Shown: positions 61,984 to 64,000 of the stretch, in pieces
Position numbering within the stretch: position 1 is the first letter of the stretch
Layout of the letters: every line of letters starts with the position of its first letter
Made by a program: the position numbers and the translations under genes
Notes under the pieces: model-generated
What the model was told of the DNA's origin: nothing
Seen by the model: only the letters and a program-made list of their open reading frames with translations
Databases searched by the model: none
NCBI RefSeq assembly: GCF_001194135.2
Contig: NC_068982.1
Coordinates: 93,426,885 to 93,490,884 of the forward strand
Source of the DNA: Octopus bimaculoides
Lineage: Eukaryota
Direction of reading: 5' to 3'
DNA length: 64,000 nt

Positions 61984-63256
61984 TCGGGTCATCCCATAAG
62001 TTCTGTCCAATTTTACCTCTTTTAAAATTGAATGAAATTTAATAGTATTTTATAATGTCTAATGGAATTAATTATTTTTATGAATTTGTGTACATTTAAA
62101 CTAATCAAAATATTATTTTACAGAATAATAGAATTAAAATTTCTTTGATTAAAACCCTTTCTAACATGGAAGTATCCAAAGAACATTTAAGGCACATAAT
62201 GCTTTATGAGTACAAGAAAGGAAACTCTGCAGCTGAAGCAACTCGAAACATACACTCAGTTTATGGGAAAGGATGCTTGAATGAAAGAACTTGCAGAAGA
62301 TGGTTTGCAAAATTCAGAAGTGGATATTTCAGCCTTGAAGATGAAGATCGAACAGNNNNNNNNNNNNNNNNNNNNNNNNNNNNNNNNNNNNNNNNNNNNN
62401 NNNNNNNNNNNNNNNNNNNNNNNNNNNNNNNNNNNNNNNNNNNNNNNNNNNNNNNNNNNNNNNNNNNNNNNNNNNNNNNNNNNNNNNNNNNNNNNNNNNN
62501 NNNNNNNNNNNNNNNNNNNNNNNNNNNNNNNNNNNNNNNNNNNNNNNNNNNNNNNNNNNNNNNNNNNNNNNNNNNNNNNNNNNNNNNNNNNNNNNNNNNN
62601 NNNNNNNNNNNNNNNNNNNNNNNNNNNNNNNNNNNNNNNNNNNNNNNNNNNNNNNNNNNNNNNNNNNNNNNNNNNNNNNNNNNNNNNNNNNNNNNNNNNN
62701 NNNNNNNNNNNNNNNNNNNNNNNNNNNNNNNNNNNNNNNNNNNNNNNNNNNNNNNNNNNNNNNNNNNNNNNNNNNNNNNNNNNNNNNNNNNNNNNNNNNN
62801 NNNNNNNNNNNNNNNNNNNNNNNNNNNNNNNNNNNNNNNNNNNNNNNNNNNNNNNNNNNNNNNNNNNNNNNNNNNNGTTTCATCAGGACAATGAGCGACC
62901 CCACACTGCAAAGATCATATCACAGAAGATCAAAGAGCTTGGTTGGGAAAAAATTCCTCATCTACCTTATTCTCCCGACTTCACTCCTTCAGACTACCAT
63001 TTGTTTCGTAGTTTACAGAATCATTTGGGGGACATAACTTTTGCAAGCCAGGAGGAGGTTGAAACTGACATTTCAGAGTTCTTTGCTTTGAAACCAAAAG
63101 AGTTTTACATTGATGGGATTAAAAAGCTTGTAAATAGATGGATGGAAGTCAGATAATCAGGGAAATTACATTGATGATTAAATTTCAATTAAATATAACA
63201 TTTGATCACTTGTTTTCTTTATTTAAAATTCGGACAGAACTTATCGGATGACCTGA
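61984..63256 (+). mobile_element. Mariner transposon, full length (1273 bp)
   Basis: TIR TCGGGTCATCCCATAAGTTCTGTCC / GGACAGAACTTATCGGATGACCTGA; TA TSD at 61982-83 and 63257-58; removing it restores the RTE reading KGRLYD. Confidence 0.95.
62166..63181 (+). pseudogene. Mariner transposase (middle in N gap, frameshift near C-terminus)
   Basis: MEVSKEHLRHIMLYEYKKG..CRRWFAKFRSG; FHQDNERPH, YSPDFTPSDYHLFRSL. Confidence 0.85.
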
Positions 63257-63258
63257 TA

Positions 63259-63880
63259 CCTTTCACTCTGAGTGAGAGGCCCTTAGTTACCAGCAGCGGT
63301 AGGAGCTTTGTAAACTTTGCCCAGGCTATTCTTATTCTAGTGGTTACACTCTCCAAGCATCCACCCCCACTACAGACTTGGTCACCTAGGTAGCTGAAGC
63401 TATCAACTACTTCTAGTTTCTTCCCCTGGCATGTGATGGAATCTGTTTTCTGTATATTTTCGGTGTTTACTGCCCCTATGTATCTGCCACACACAAAAAC
63501 TATCTTCCTGGTTAACCTTCCTTTGATTATTGCTGCACCTCTTATGTGTCCATACATATGCCTTCTCTAAAGATTGAGGAGGGCCATGTACCTGAAGGGG
63601 TTTGTGATTTGTCTGCCTTCCTACTTACTAGGACTTTGGTTTTTGCTAGATTGACTCTAAGGCCCTTCAATTCTAGACCTTACTTTCACACCTGAAACTT
63701 CATAGCTAGTTCTGGTAGTGACTCAGCTATTAGAGCAAGGTCATCAGCATAGAAGAGCTCCCAGGGGCAGCCTGTCTTAATTTCCTTTGTTATTGCCTGG
63801 AGGACTATGATGAATAAGAGGGGGCTGAGGACTTCTACCCAGAATTCCTCTCTATATTCATTGCCAACTCTCACCTAACT
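63259..63880 (-). mobile_element. RTE LINE RT region (upstream of the mariner insertion)
   Basis: SPLLFIIVLQ..ELFYADDLALIAES; LEVVDSFSYLGDQ..WAKFTKLLPLL. Confidence 0.9.
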
Positions 63881-63888
63881 GACAGCAT

Positions 63889-63927
<39 letters not shown>

Positions 63928-64000
63928 CACAGCATATCTTTTATGTCATCACCCTAGATAACTGAGTCTCTGTTCTTTTAGCATCGCGTAGTAATTCATC

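Overview
AT-rich, repeat-dense animal genomic DNA with many N gaps; the SINE and RTE repertoire looks like an octopus (coleoid cephalopod) assembly (inference). I can name no intact host gene. Most ORF-track entries are antisense, gap-spanning or TE-derived. Recognisable mobile DNA: a Buster/Charlie-type hAT, an hAT MITE with a perfect 8-bp TSD, a decayed piggyBac, a mariner inserted in an RTE, several RTE LINE fragments, a Helentron-like element with (TAACCC)n-like repeats and many tRNA-derived SINEs. The main observation is eight copies (A-H, 5.8-40 kb) of a diverged family of short retroposons (complete copies ~1.3-1.7 kb). They encode only a gag/ORF1-like protein with one CCHC knuckle and no reverse transcriptase. 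Most copies with an intact 3' end finish in GCCC-TT(G/A)TGGG-(C/T)AATAAAGAAA, which also ends a Tx1-like LINE ORF2 fragment at 43.5 kb. Three copies (B, C, D) sit at the same nucleotide (CGGTAT) between the A and B boxes of a tRNA-derived SINE, two of them head-to-tail. This suggests a SINE-targeting, non-autonomous 'half-LINE' system. From 46.5 to 55.8 kb there is also a chain of phase-compatible exons carrying in-frame stops, probably an unidentified pseudogene in a CpG-poor domain.
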